A stretch of 64,000 bases of DNA from Phallusia mammillata (GCA_965637545.1 OZ281499.1:25978001-26042000); one strand, 5' to 3'; numbered from the stretch's first letter, positions 22,494 through 37,320 are shown. The notes: generated by a model from the letters alone, not told the origin. A program made the numbers and translations.

Positions 22494-25400
22494 ATCTATG
22501 TGGTAAAAAATAAATAAACATAAATAATGCGTTTCTTATAATTACATTATCCCGCATGCTGCAATAAAAAACGAAGCTTAATAAAAAATTAACTTGTACA
22601 AACTAAACTGGCCTATCCAAAAACGGCTTTCCTTCCGCAGGTAAATTAAACCAAATCAGTTGCAAAAAGGCAGTAATGCAAGTAATAAGGAAAAAATGGC
22701 CCAGTGTATTAAAGTTTAATATATTTGGTTTCGATTAGCTTAAAATGTTTACCCGTCAATGTATAACGGATACCAACATGCAAGTCTATCTGCAATTCGT
22801 CAATAACCGTTTTGAAGTAGTTGAATTCTTTCCGGGTAGCGAAAAACGTTTTTACGTTCTTAAGTGAACTCGACGCAAAAACAAATTTAAAAACTCTTCT
22901 GCAAACATATTGCATTCCAAAAATTAAAAAAAAACGTTGCAGAAACGCAATGAATTAAACTTAAGGGGTAGGTTGAAAACGGTTAAACGCTTCAATCAGT
23001 TCAGAATTTGTAAAGCGCATCCTACTTTTAGAGTTTTATCTTCGAAATCTGGTAACTATCGTACACAGTAAAACCAACCACTGGAGGCGGACATGGAACA
23101 TTTGTCGACCGACCCAGCTCGCTTCTGGTTTCAACGCGACGAATACGCAATGCCAGATGAACAAATGGCGTTTTGCTCGATAATTTATGCCCAAATCATC
23201 ACTCCGGTTGTAATATTCACATTTTAATATTACACAACTTGAACCTGCATTTGCTTTTAAACCAGCTTACCATAGGCTTATTATGTGTTGTAGTTTAGTC
23301 GATCGCCAACCAAGACCAAAAATCCATTTCCAACTGTCTCTACGTTTACGGGGCATCTTAATACTATTTTACATGTATATATGTATAAAAGCTGTAAATG
23401 TAAGTGTGCCACAAAATCCTTATACAGTATTGGTAGATGAAGTTTAATTTCACAAAGTGGCAAACAAGTCTCGTCAGCGCTTTAAAATCTTTTCCCTTAA
23501 TAAAGCATAATTGGTGTAAAATCACAAACATGGACAAGTTTCAAACGAAAGCTTGTTTACAAACGTAAATTAAAAGATGGAAACCAAACAGTCTAACAGA
23601 ACATCTTTTTAAAAGGAGGTGCGAAATAAGCTCAGAAAAACATAGAAATAGCATTAGTTTTGACCAGTAGTTTGAACTAATCGCTACATCGCATGAGTTG
23701 GCAGTGAATGCTGTTTAGTGCAGTATTTTCGTGCTTCACAAGGATTGGTTTGGTTAAAAGTTTTTGCGATTTCAAATTGCCGCACAGAGTCCATGTTGCG
23801 AAATGCACTGTGGCAGAAAAAAGCGGGCCTGATTCACAGGTCGACGGTGTGACGACGGACAAAAGTTCGGGTCGAGCTCAGACATGTGGGAATGTTCGAA
23901 ACAAAGGTTTCTGCGACAAATTTTGTGACAGGATCCGGATGAAAAGGTCGGCAAACACTCGGCGTGTTCAGTTACAGGACGAAGCTTTGTGCGTTGGCTG
24001 GGATCACAGTAGCATCGTGTTACGTTGATTGAAACGGGAACGCTGCGGAAAAAAGGCTCAGCGGAAAGCAGAAGCGTTGAAAGGATTTTTTCTCGCGCTG
24101 TCTCACCGACCAATTGCGAGCCGGTGAAAGCGTCCCAACACAAACTTTCAAACATGTACAAAACAAGGAATGTGGGCAGAGCATGGCAGCAACCAAACGC
24201 TGCGATGGTATGCTTGTTAATAATGTTTTATAGCGTCTAAAAAATAGTCGCAAAGTTTAACAGAAGATCACATTTTTTGCACATAACAGATAGAGATTCC
24301 AAGTTACATACAAACCAAATTCAACAACAATGGCAGGGCATTACAGTGTACCTAAGAGCCACACAATTCCACGGAATACTCTGACAGATTGCACACACAA
24401 GTCCCACTTTACCGATAAAGTTATCTTTAATGCAAACGATAGTGTTTCGCTCCAATCTATATCATAGCACACTAGGCCTGCACAATTCCGTGCGACAAAC
24501 CCTATGCTACAAAACTAGCATGTAGTAGATCAGGAATGGCTATTTCGTACGTTTAAATTTTCACCTAATACAATTCGTCCAGCCAGCAAGTTATTTCTCG
24601 CATTTTTTTCGAGCATCTTTAGGCGGCAATAAGCGATAAGAAAAATATATAGCCTGTGGTGGGATATAGGTACTTGTTTTGAACGGTTTAGCACAAACGT
24701 ATGTGATATGTTTCTTAGTGTTTTGTCGCAACTGTTAAATTTGTATCTGGGGCATTACAATATTTACGTCTCCCACCTGGTCCGTTGCCGTTTATTACTT
24801 TGTACGAACCACCTCAAGTATTAAATTTCCGATTGGATCTGTTGTGTTGGTGACCTTATCGTCACAACACATGACCCATAGGACGCAACCGTTGACATCG
24901 AGAAGGCTGTTTTGAGTCTACAAAGCGAGCGTTTCCATGGCGAGGAAATATTTGGCGAACAAGATACAGTGTTATGTTGAGAAGTCAAAAAGTTTGTATG
25001 ATGCGAAACTTTGTGACATCAAGCAAGACAATAGAACGAAACCTTCCCTGTAATACATATGGAACACCACAGTCCGATTCTAGCGCCTAAACAACAGGTT
25101 AAGTGGGATTGGCTCAACCTCCAAACCCGCCCCATTGTCGCCATCACTTGCCCAAACCCAGCCAGGTACAAACAACCGATCGCTGTGCTTTATTCGCTAC
25201 AGCGAAACTTCGGTGTACTTGTTTAGCCCTTGTTTAAATTATTGTATTTGTGACTGTAGAGGTTGGATAATTAACCTGACTTAATGACAGGGTGTAAATT
25301 GTTAATTTAAGTTTGTTTTTACCATGCAAAAACACTAATGAAAAGTATTCAGTAAAACCAGCATACATTCAATTATCTTGATTCAAAACATACACAAATT

Positions 25401-28400
25401 TCGTTGGTTACCAACCTCTTTAGTAGATATTTCGGGTGCGATGAGACACATAATGGACGACCGAAGTGGACAACGGGGTGTTTAGGGTTTCAACTGATTC
25501 AATTGCCCGCCTGCCTACCAACGTTCCAATTACACGGCGATACAGGGTCTACCACATCCTGTATTGAGCAAATGTACTTTTGTAAAGAGGCGACGGTTTT
25601 ATCTCGTGTAGTGTTAAACACAAAAAATACGGCCAGTTTAGAAGACTGTATGTAGTTTATTGTTTAGTTTAACTTCGGCTAAACACCAACCTTTCACTGT
25701 AAACATATTCAAAAATTGGGCACCATTTATTAAAATGCTACCAATTGTATTACCAAATCCCGGTTATGCTACAACGCGTAAAACCCTGGAACAACTGATA
25801 AGGATATTGATGTTGCTAATGTGAAATAAACAAAAAATGAACATAGTGTGACAACTCTGTCAGGTGGATTGAACGAAAATTGAGCATTTATGAACGGGAT
25901 CTTAACTAAGGAAGGTCACAACTGAACTTTCATTTGGAGCAAAATTAAATTCAGGTAATAAATACAGTGGGAAACTGGAGTGTTATTTCCAACAAACTGG
26001 AGTGTCGTGAAATGGCTACAATAGCCAAAACGGCCCATCTAACAAGCTGCACTGACGAGACTTTTTGCGTCGAAACAGTGTGCAATGTCTGCAACTTAAC
26101 AGTCGGGAAAGAGTTTGATATTTTACTGAGCTGTTTGGAATAACTGGTTGATAGGAATTCGCCGGATTGTTGTGTTCCATGTTACCAGACAACCGCGGTT
26201 ACTGGATCAAGCACAGACTCGATGCGGTGCTGAAACAAAAGTAAACATAGCAACGTTTGGAACAAGCGTCATTTCAAACGCACCCACGCTGAGTCTATTA
26301 AAAACCACGGTGTCTCGCAGGTGTAGAATTCCGGGAACAATCAACGAGGTGCGTCGGTTGGCTTTGTTTCTGTGGCGCGGTTTGCCACTCAACTATCATG
26401 TTTCGTTTTACCGTTAAATCCGCACAAAGCAGTTGAAACAAAAGGTTGATGTCACGAAAAAGGCAACCTACGTCGTTCGGCAGTTGGCTAGCAACGTGAT
26501 TTCAACATGTACAACTTTTTTCCTTCACATTTCGTCACACCCACTCTGCCTTTTTCTTTTGCTAAAAAAACGTTTGCGACACAAAAGTATCAACTTACAT
26601 GGTTACAGAGCACCGCTGTCCTGTGACGCAAACCAACCTGAACGAAATTCGCAGACTCATTGCCGACGATTTGAAATATAGAGGCGACTTTGCAACACCT
26701 CCTTGCTAGCGTAAGTTTTCGTTTTCCCAAGCATATACACCACCGAAAGTTCACGAATAGCAACTACATTTTTAGGTATTTTAAATCCTCTTGTATTTAA
26801 ACTGCATTGACATAAATTGATTATGATTGACATTAGTCACCAAACTTTTAACGTTTTTAAGTTATGTTTTGCTTGCTAAACCGTGTTGGAGCTACTACCG
26901 TCATCTAGTGAAACACATTTTAAGATAGTTATATTAGGGTGCTACATCTGTGGCTCAATCGAAAGGAATTTTTTTACGCCATTGCGGCACATTTGTTGAG
27001 CAACATAGCAGCCACGCCGTAGCAGTAAAATCGCTTATTTATCCAATGTAACTTCAACCAATCACAAATCCGCATTTAAAACAAAGCTTAACACGTCGCG
27101 CGAAGCCGAACTTTAACCCGTGTGACCGCCTCACAACGGCTGCGTGGAGGTTAAACCACACGGGCAACCATGACAACGAAATAGTTGGAAACACGAGATA
27201 TTTGATTGTTTCAACATCCGCGCCATTGTTTGGAAACCAGAACTCGTCCAGAGGTCGAAATCGCGAAACAGCCACCTCTGGCACAGTGTCGGATCATGTG
27301 ACGTAATAATCACGAGGCTAACGCGTGATCAACTCCTGGTGTCAGGGTTTGATGGGAATCGAGTTTGGAATGTAGCTAACAAAAACGGCCGTTCCCGCTT
27401 CCGTGTTTGAAAAAATCCAGCTTCCTAATTGAGAGTCTGTTGCTTGCCCTAGATTAAAACTTATTTTATTCACATGTATGATCTAGTAACGAAACCAGTA
27501 CCATAACAGTCATAAATACAAATTAAAAGAGTATGACCAAAAATGACATTCAGATGACCATCACAAACTAAGCATATAGTTAGCCAAATAAAAGCTTTAA
27601 CCCCTTAAGTGTTGCAAAGGTGCACGATTGGATTCGAACCAGTGACCTTCAGTAAACTATCTTCTCAATTGACTCTCCATCAACCGTTGGGTTGTAGAGT
27701 CGCTAGAGGCGCGACAATACCAGACAATGGCAGACACACTGTCATTGTTTACAGCGCGCGCTTGTTCACAACTTCAGGGCTTTCACGGCGCGGACAATTT
27801 CATATCGTTACTACGCTTCTTATCCGGTTTTCTGTTTAAAAAACGCAGTGATCAAAATGCATTTCCTTTGCTTTTATAATTCTTGTAGCAAGTCATATAC
27901 TACATTGGCTACATGCACACGTATGGGTGACTCAGCAAATCACCTCCGCTCGAGTTATCTGAATTCTAATTAGACTGGACTTATTCAAGCCCCTGTATTG
28001 ACACAAAAACAAAAACAAGCAGACAGCAATAGCGCATTGACCAACAACAAACAAAAGTTTGTCTGTAGCTAACCACCGTGGAATTTTTACACTGCGCATT
28101 AGACGTAGTGTGCACCGCCAGGCATTTTTAAAAATTTCTGATCTAGCCAAGCATGAACGACTTGCCATAACAAACTTTTGTTCGAAAGAATGTTCAAATT
28201 AAAACAACAAACAAAAGTTCAATTTCTTTCATTAACACCTGATGAAAACATTCCGATATTAATTTACTTTTGTGCGCTTGTTTCTGGAGCATTTAGAAAA
28301 AAAATACAATAACCCAATCGATTGTGACGCAGTGACAGAGACGTTTCAATCCGCCTATAGTTATGGATATCTTGCACAAGCACATTTCTGCATGCAATAG

Positions 28401-29765
28401 ACTTTTTCAAAATGCCGCAATTGTATCCATATTTAAAAAAAACTGTAAAAACACTGTTATTTACGTTCTACTCTCTGCATCGTATCCATCACGCCTTAAC
28501 TGGGAAAGTATATTTTACATTTCATTGTGGTATTTTCTCATGTCTTATATTTTTAATTAACAAAATAGGATGAGTGATTATGTTGATAAACAGCCTGTGA
28601 CAAAAGTCGGAAAACTGAGGTGCTCAAGTCCTATTGCCACTTCTGCATACATTCGATTAAATTACAGCAATTGTTTACGGCTTTTCATAAAAAAGTGTAC
28701 ACAGGTTTTTAAAGAAAAAAGCACACAGCATTTCAAAGGAAAAGCTTTTAATGAATCTGTAACTTATGCATAAACGTCATAACCGTAGTTAACTAACAAA
28801 CACTTTAACGCCATATGTTATTAGTACGCTGACTTTTAATAAAAGTGAAAATCTGTTTCAGTTTAAAAATAGAGAAAAGGAATGTATGGAAAAAGTTTTG
28901 CCCTACTGACACAAATGCAAAGATAACAGGAAGACAGAAACTAAAATCCTTAACCAAAGCGGCAAATCATTCAACCGAAAAAGAGAAAAACACAATTGCA
29001 ATACGGTCCACAAAATTACGATATAATACGAACTGGTTATTAATAAGTTTCATGCAAAAAAAGTTTTGAATTAAGCGACTAAAGTGTCTGGCAGACAAAA
29101 ATGAAACAATCTGGGTACGTTCCAAAACTTCTAACAAGGTGTTTGAAACGAGGCTTTTAGTAACTTTCCTATTCATCTGGGTCTGATAAGACGTGTGAGA
29201 CGTTAAACGGATCAAATTTCGCTACGAGAAAGTCTTAAAGATCTTGCACAAAGACGTTTACGACCACGCTGTAACTAGGTTTTTTATCTTAGTTGCTGTT
29301 TCTTTTGCCAGTAATTCAGCGTCTTTAACATCTACTACAACCGATTTCACGCGTCAATTTTGCAGCAGCGTAACGATCTGTGTAGTTTTAAGAAAGTAAC
29401 GTAGCTTTATTTTTTCACCCTGTTGCACATTTAAATCCACTGTATCGTAGTAAAATTTAAACTTTACGCTTTTTACACAGCTTATACAATGGGGCATAGT
29501 GTTATGAAGAATGATAAAGTCAGACAAATATTGTCTATTTCTTGTCATAAGCATAGAAAACTATTGTCACAAAAATGATTTTGTACCATCACAGATTTGC
29601 ACTGGTACTTTTTTTAAAATGAAGTGGGCAAAATAGCATTAAATACAATCACCTTTAGACATTAAAAGGTTAAAAAAAGTTGTTTCTGCGAAACGCTTTA
29701 ACATGGCGACAGTGAATAAGTGAACAAAAGCAGTCATACAAACCAACCAATGCTTAAGAAAAAGG

Positions 29766-29902
29766 CCGCACCACGTGGGAGCTTTCTTAGAAAACGTCTT
29801 AAAGGGTAAAAAAGGGGGTGACCGAACACCATCTAGTCACAAGAAAGCAGGGAGAATATAAAAGGGTGGTTGAGATCGTCTTGGCCCAGTGCAAAGCAGA
29901 AA
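29766..29902 (+). promoter_or_regulatory. Putative core promoter and micro first exon of gene C (diverged member of the cluster promoter family)
   Basis: CACGTG at 29772, TATAAAA at 29857, Inr-like ccAgt with A at 29888 (31 nt downstream), donor gtaaga at 29903, acceptor gtag at 30744 just upstream of ATG 30782. Confidence 0.55.
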
Positions 29903-30781
29903 GTAAGAGAACAGTTAGGTGCGTTTGAAATTTTTTTGATTTAGTGGAGATATGGAAGTACTGCTTCATTTTTATAAAAATGTCTACGGGACAGTGGAAA
30001 ATGTTTGCAAAAACAAATTTATAATTCATCTGAATATCCGATTTGAATTGTTTTTTTTTGCGGATGTAAATTTAAATACATCTGAAAAAACAAAATTATT
30101 AAAACGATTTAAATTGTTGTTGTTTTTTGCAACTTTTAAATTATTTGTAACGTTTGCTTTTTTATTATAAAGTCGTTGCAAATTTGAGGTAATTAATTAG
30201 GGTATGATACACTGTGTTTCGTATACCGCTAAGTCCGCCAACGCATTAAGCAATGAAAACGGTTTGTCGCTATCTCCTTTTCACGCCATCATGGAAAAGT
30301 GGTATGGCAATCTCGGTAACCATGGCGACGCCGCCCAACTGTCACCATTCGCTAAACAAGCCTGTTTTTTTTCTTTTTCTTTTTATATGTATTGTCAAAG
30401 TCACAAAAAATAACATAGAATAAAAAGTTGATATTGTTGGTTAGGTTATATGTTAAAGCGTGAGGTGTTCTTGGTAAATTTGGGACGGCATTTTCACTTA
30501 CCAACTGCGCTAATAACGCAAATAGTGTCGCTACACATTTTTATGTTAAAAAAACAGCTATTACAAGGAGTTTTTAGTTAAAAAAATAGAGAAAGCAAGT
30601 CCTTTGGAAGGTTGGTTGCAAACAACTTTCTTCCTTATATAGGCGCTTCGTTTAATTTTCAATTTGATTGTTGGTATAAATATGCCTAATTTTGAACAGT
30701 ACTGCAACTCAAATGTTGTAACTTTTCTTTGCCATTGGATGTAGACAGTGTTTCCAAAACTAAGAAATACCAAGTTTTAAA

Positions 30782-33700
30782 ATGAACCGCGTAGGTAAAG
30801 TTGGCCTGTTGGCCATTTTGATTGTGTGTGGAGCTTCAGTCTCCAATTCAGCGGTTACCATGTGTTTGGTTGGTACGGTTGGTGATGATATCGCATCAGC
30901 TGCCTGCACAAACTTCTGCGGAAGAACTGAAATAGCAAGCGGCGGAGGTAAGTAGCATCTTGTTCTAAGCTTTTTTGTGTGTAATTATTTCATCGTGAAA
31001 GAAAATAAGTAAACAAACGTTTATGAAACCGTTTTACCAGCTCTTCTTTAAAGTTACATTCAAAGTCAAAAGGAGAAACGAAATTCATAAATTTGACTAT
31101 TTTTTTACATTTTAACAACCGTTGTATATTTTAGCCGAAGTAGGTTCTTGTGTGGCCGATCTCGCCGCTTGTGAAGCTCTCTGCGCCGGAACTGCGTAAG
31201 TTGAAGAAAATACATTAAAACAATGCTACTTACCCGTATAAAAAACGGCATTCGTCCTCGGACGCGTCCCGAGTTTCAAACCTAGTGAAAAAAAAACATT
31301 TCGGGATTCGTCCTCGTAAAAAACGAATTTTAAAACAAAAAAAACTTAACTATTTTTAATATGTTGCAATGACAACCTGCTCTGCCAGCTTTAACAACCT
31401 TTAAAAACAATTTGCGTTTACTACGTATTTCAGGAACTGTATTTCGGCTTGCTGCAATGATGCTAACGACTGCAACTCAGCGGTAGCTACAATGAGAGGG
31501 ACAGTAAATTGTGGTGTTGGAACACACGATGGTACAAACTTCCCTACAGCTGAAATGACATGCGACGCAGGCGATCTGTGTGGACGAAAAGAAACAACAT
31601 CCGGAGGAAGTAAGAACAAGTACATTAAAGACGAAAGCGTCAATAAGCTCTGTCGGACAATTAGCAAAAAATATTGTACTTGTCCAAATTGAAGTAGGCT
31701 TTGATCAATGTACAAGGCTGTATGTTGTTGTGGGTAACACGAGCTCTTGTGTTCAAACGCGGGCAAATAATAATTATTGATTTATAGGTAAAGTAGCCTG
31801 TTTTCACTATCATACAGTTATTTCACGGTTTTTTAAACATAAAATTTTCCTTTTCAGCCACAACTGTTGTCGGATCCTGCTCAACTGTTGCTGAATGTGA
31901 AACTCTATGCGATGGAGCAACGTAAGTTATGTAATCAACATCAAGAATATTTGTTTACTTTCATAGACAAATAAATCAATTTTAAAAAAAGTGGTTCACT
32001 TGTCAATTGTGTAAATCAATTATTATTATTGTAAAAAATATAGTGTTTTATTTCTAAATTAACCGGAGTCGCCTAAATATTAACACTTTATCCATTTATT
32101 CATAGAAACTGTGTATCGGCATGTTGCAACGATGCTGACACATGCAACACACGAACAGTGGCAGAAATGGACAGCGTGGTGCGATGTGGATCTGGGGTTT
32201 TGGCAAGCGGAAACTTCCCAGTACCGTTAACATGTACAGCTGAGAAGTTTTGCGGAAGAACCGAAGTTACAGGCGGTAAGAACTCGTTTACGTTCAACAT
32301 TAATTAGTAGACCTAATGTCCACAGTCGTCCCGAATGCGACTTTGAAACGTCGGTTAATTCAACTAAGATAAGAACATTTCATACTGAAGAGAACGTTCA
32401 TACTGGGATTAGCCCTAAAGCGCCGATGCAGACTAGCGATCGTGGCGTGGTACAGAAACAAGCCGGTCTCATAAGCATCCCTATTTGGGCCTGGTCGGCC
32501 AAGTGGATAGAGACTAAAAATATCTAGCCTGCAGTGGGATTCGTACTTACGACAGAAATCTTTCCGGGTCTCGCGCTTTACCAACTGAGCTATACAGGCA
32601 CAGTGGTAAAGCCGCCGAAAGTCGAACCACAAGCACCGTTGCCTGAGGTGTATGCTGCACATGTCAGCTTTGTCGTGGGGGATCGCCAGTTCGACGGGTA
32701 ATTCAAATACAATTACCGGTAGACTAAAGGGAAGTTTACAAACTTGAAGCATGACTATATTCATCAATTAGTAGAGCTGGCAACTTATAAAGTAATCGCC
32801 AAATATTTTTCAGGTGACACGACCGGTTCTTGTTCCACTCAAGCTGAGTGTGACTCTCTCTGCTCCGGCACTGCGTAAGTAGGAATCTAAATTTCTCAAA
32901 CAAAAAACGTCGAGAGTTGGAAGTATCATATTTAAACCTTAGGTAGAGCTTTCAACATTTGCACCAATAAGTTTTAATTAATGTATAGTTGGGTTTAAAC
33001 AGAGTATACGTTTTTATACCACTTGGAGTGAAACAGGAACTTTTCGAGTTGCTTTTAGATATTCCTTCACGTATGTTAGCAGTATGTTGTTACAAAGGTC
33101 GCTAACGAGGAATTCGGTTTTAAAAACAAGAACTAAAACAGCTAGAAATAGCTGTTCTGAGTCATAGGTAGACAATCTTTTAAGCACAGTTTGCACAACA
33201 ACTATATTGTTTCACAGCAACTGTGTATCAGCATGCTGCAGCAACGCTGACGATTGCAACACCCGCACTGTGGCACAGATTAATGCGGCTCTACGATGCG
33301 GAACTGGAGTAGAGAACGGCGGAGCGTTTCCAACAGCCACGACTTGTGCCGCGGGAGAGTTTTGCGCCAGAAAAGAAATCAGTGGAGGTGAACAGTGTAA
33401 ACTTTTTACTTAAGCATTTAGGTTGCAAAAATCGCAAGCGAATTCGATACTTAAGATCAGACAAAACGAAATATTGGTCCGTCGTACGACGTCGTTCACA
33501 TATTAATACCCATCCAGTGGTGGGATTCAGCCGGTTTGCACCGGTTGTGTAGAACCGTGTCACGAAACTTTATGAGATCAGCGAACCGGTTAGCATTACT
33601 AGTTACTGTAAATGGTCTTTTTGTAACAGAACCGGCTAAAAATTGGCTTTTGTGGTGAAACCGACTGACAAAAAAATTGAATCCTATTTACTGAGTGATA

Positions 33701-36064
33701 TGTTTTTTAAATGCAATGTAAATGTGCACAGGTGATACCGTGGGCTCCTGCGAGACACAAGCCTCATGTGAACTACTTTGCTCTGGCGTAGCGTAAGTTT
33801 GAATTAAGATCTTTGTTTTCCAATATATGTGCGTCCTACTTTTGCCTAATTCCCGCTTAGAGTCCACACAAACACCGTTACTTCAAACTTTGCAGGAGCT
33901 GCACATCAGCATGTTGCAATGATGGAGATTTTTGCAGCAGTCTCGCTGTAACTGACATAGTAGATGTGGTCCGATGTGCAACAGGATCCGTAACCGATGG
34001 TACACTCACTGGAACAATGGTTTGTGCGTCGACACAAAAATGCAGAAGAACTGAAACCACTTCGGGTATAAAACATTGACAAACTTGTTTGAATGTTTAG
34101 TCATACGAAATTACAAACAACTAAAAATGTTTAGGTGCCACTGTTACAACTGTTGGAGAATGTCTTGCTGCTGCAACGGCTTGTGATGATTCGTGTGCTT
34201 CACCGTAAGTTAAAGTTAGCCAACGCCACAATGACAAGGATTTTTAGTTTCACCGAAGCAACAAAACGTCACACTTTCCCTACAAATTTCATACAATCAG
34301 TATCAGATAAAATCACCTACTAAGATATTAATAACTAGTTTTTCCATTTTTTACAGTAATTGTGTAGCTGCGTGCTGCACAAACGACTTGTGCAACACTT
34401 TGACAGTCGCTGTACAGACAGGTATAGTTTGTATGGTTGGAACAACTACCACAGTTGGAAGCAACGCTGCAACTGGAAGTATGGTGCCCACACATTGCAG
34501 TCCAAACCTTTACTGTGCAAAAACCGAAACCACCACAACAGCAAGTAACAACTTGTGACAATATTTATGGCTGCATACCTCGACACAAACTTATTGTGAA
34601 GTAATATTACAGATAACGTGGATACTGTGGTTAGGGTTGGATCATGCCAGGCTGACGTCACTGCCTGTGATCTGCTCTGCACTGGTGTCACGTAAGTTGG
34701 ACGTTAATATAGAGTAAAAACGTGAAACTCAAAACCTGTATATGAAAACAGTAAGAACATCTTTTCATTGTTTTTCATTGTTATAACAAATGCATTCTGT
34801 AATTTTTGTTTATGACTTACATGTAAACTTCGATGTAAAATAATACATGTTTCATTGTACTCCAGGGGTTGTGTGGCAGCATGCTGTAATAATGCCGACA
34901 ACTGTAACAGCGAATCAGTCACTACAATCAAGAATGTAGTGACCTGTGGAGTTGGCACATTGGCTAGCAACGTATTTCCGACCCCAGCTATGGCTTGCCA
35001 AGCTACCGAACAATGTGGGAGAACAGAAACAACAAGTGGAGGTAAGTTTTGACATCTTGTTGAAATGTTTTAACTCTCGGTAATGTGTAACTTAATTTAG
35101 TTAAAATGTAAATAGGTATACACCCATTTGAATAAAATGTCGTTTCAGGCGCTACTACAGTGGTAGGATCTTGCTCAACAGCAGCTTCATGTACAACTGG
35201 ACTCTGTGGATCAACCTCGTAAGTTTAAAACAACATTTCGCTTGATGATTTCTCTCACATAACGCGCAGCACTCATCAGCACAAAACTGACACGCTTAGA
35301 AAGTTCGCAGCCAATTGAAACTGAATAAACTAAATCACTTTTTTGCCCACGTATTAACCAATGAACCATACTGTGTTGCAGAGGTTGTGTGGCAGCTTGT
35401 TGCAACGTGGCAGATGGATGTAACAGTCTGACAGTTGAAACACAAACAGCAAGACAATGTTTGACTGGAACAACCACGCAAGTTGGAAGTGCCGATGCAA
35501 CTGGAAGTTTGACTCTTCAGCATTGTGCAAGTGGAGAAATGTGTGGAAGAAAAGAAACAACAACCACAAGCGGAGGTAAATGATAATTGTTGTATTCTAT
35601 ACAGACATAAATTAACATCTTTTTACGTGTTTAGACACATCTACAGTGGTAATAGTTGGATCCTGTAGCACTGCAGCACAATGCAACGATGGAACTATGC
35701 TTTGCAATGGGTAAGTGGGATATATAATTCAATACCAGCGTTCGGGTGAAAAGAAAAATACCTTTTCATTTAAACCATTATACCGAAAAGTCTAAAACTA
35801 GAAAGCCTTGTCTGTGCAAAACCTAACTGGAGTGTTAAGTAATTACTTTCAAAAACATGTTTTAAATGCAGGGTTACAGGTTGCATCGAGTATTGTTGTG
35901 ACACTGACAGTTGCAACTCTGCCGCTGTCACTACAACAACCACTACTACAACCACTGCATCAACTACAACAACCGTAACAACCACATCTGGTGCTGAACA
36001 CGCAGCACAAATTAATATGTTGGTGATGATGGGTCTTGTGGTTCTCGGTTGGTTTATGGCTTAA
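30782..36064 (+). CDS. Gene C: signal peptide + 8 LU-like domains + Thr stalk + GPI tail, intact
   Basis: Exons 30782-30947, 31135-31195, 31434-31609, 31858-31921, 32106-32275, 32814-32874, 33218-33387, 33732-33792, 33896-34065, 34135-34204, 34357-34544, 34613-34691, 34866-35041, 35149-35218, 35382-35575, 35635-35710, 35872-36064. All GT-AG, open frame. Confidence 0.9.
32527..32599 (-). pseudogene. tRNA-derived sequence (tRNA pseudogene or SINE head) within an intronic insertion
   Basis: GCCTGTA TA GCTCAGTTGGTAAAGC ... GTAAG TACGAAT CCCAC TGCAGGC: 7-bp acceptor stem and A-box intact; T-stem, B-box and anticodon arm degenerate. Lies between 10-bp direct repeats aattagtaga (32302-32311, 32766-32775). 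Confidence 0.7.
33515..33693. mobile_element. Degenerate hAT MITE in intron of gene C
   Basis: 5' end cagtggtgggattcagccggtt, 3' end tgaatcctatttactg, internal aaccgg motifs; TSD not recognisable. Confidence 0.55.
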
Positions 36065-37087
36065 TCGATGTGTTTCCAATGCATCATCATTACTGTGTTT
36101 GTGTGATTTAGAGAATATATATCCAAGTTTAAACTATTTTCTTACGTTGCACATGGATTTCAACCTACTGTGAAGTGTGTTAATGTAAGCTGTGTCTCAG
36201 TGTTAAAATACAATTGAACCGATTCTGTACATTCCAAAAGCGTTAAAAATTTACAACGTCAAATACAATTGTCTTCCACCTGTGGTTTACGAAGTGGACA
36301 ACATTAGCTCATGTGCAATGAAACGCCTACAGTAGTTCGAATCACAGTACGTCAGGGGTATTTGCAACTAATGAACTGTTTGGTTTGGGTCTGTAGTGCT
36401 GGTGTCATTACCTGGTTTCTAAAAGCTGTGAACATTGACAAACAAAGAGATTATCTGTTTTAGTATAGACTACCCGTCCAAATCATTAGAAACTGGAATT
36501 GACCGACAGCAATAGCTAAAACACAAAACAAATACAACTCGAAAAGAAATTTGTTTTGGTGAACATGAAATATATGTTAACTGACATTCGACAAGCTTGT
36601 TTTCGTGTTGTGCAAAACAAGATACAATTATAGGTATCTTCATTTCATTCGTCTCATGGAAGGCAGGTACGAAGCTTTAAAGCGTGAAGACAGAAAAAGG
36701 CAATGGCGTCTACAACAACCCTTTCTGAAAGGAACGAGCAAGAGATCAACGTGTTATACTACCGTTCCGATTCTGTCTCAACGGTTGAGGCAACAACAAA
36801 ACCACAAGCACACCACTGACAGCAATCAACACGAAATATTTATCTTGCAAAATAGCTACATTAGCCACAACAACGTTTTGTTATTACTGTTACTTCTAAT
36901 GCTTTAATTTACTGTTGTATTCAAAAATGTGCATTGCACAGGAGGTAATATAGATTTTAAATCGCAAATCCTCATGGTTCTTAAACGTCATGTAGGTCAA
37001 CTTCACAAATTTTAAACGGTTGCGTAAACGAATCTGTTTAGACTGACCAAGTGATACGGAAGGAAAATCTATGGAACACTAAAACTT

Positions 37088-37320
37088 AATTAAAGTGAAC
37101 AGGAGCACGAAACGGCCACGACAAAAACACGAGGAAAAACGCCGATCATCGCCGCACACGACGAGTCAACACGTGGAAGCGACCTTTGGAAAAACTCTAA
37201 TGGCGCTGAGCGAGAGAAAAAGTTTTGGGGTAATCAGACTCCTTTGAAAGAGTCGGGACGTTACGATGAAGTGAAAAAAGAGAAGGCTGCCATGTTTTTG
37301 TTTAGTTCAGTTGACTTACC
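37088..37320 (+). promoter_or_regulatory. Cluster promoter element, copy preceding the pseudogene; TATA box lost
   Basis: Aligns with 38879-39096 (CACGTG 37170, gactc-N8-gagtc) but gtgaatataagg is replaced by gtgaaaaaagag. Confidence 0.7.

Noticed and set aside
27620-27700. tRNA gene suggested by minus-strand GGTTCGAATCC B-box
   Set aside because: No A-box at the proper distance and no cloverleaf; at most a decayed SINE fragment.
36605-36907. 100-aa plus-strand ORF in the spacer
   Set aside because: The duplicate copy at about 38430-38700 has stops and frameshifts; no recognisable domain.
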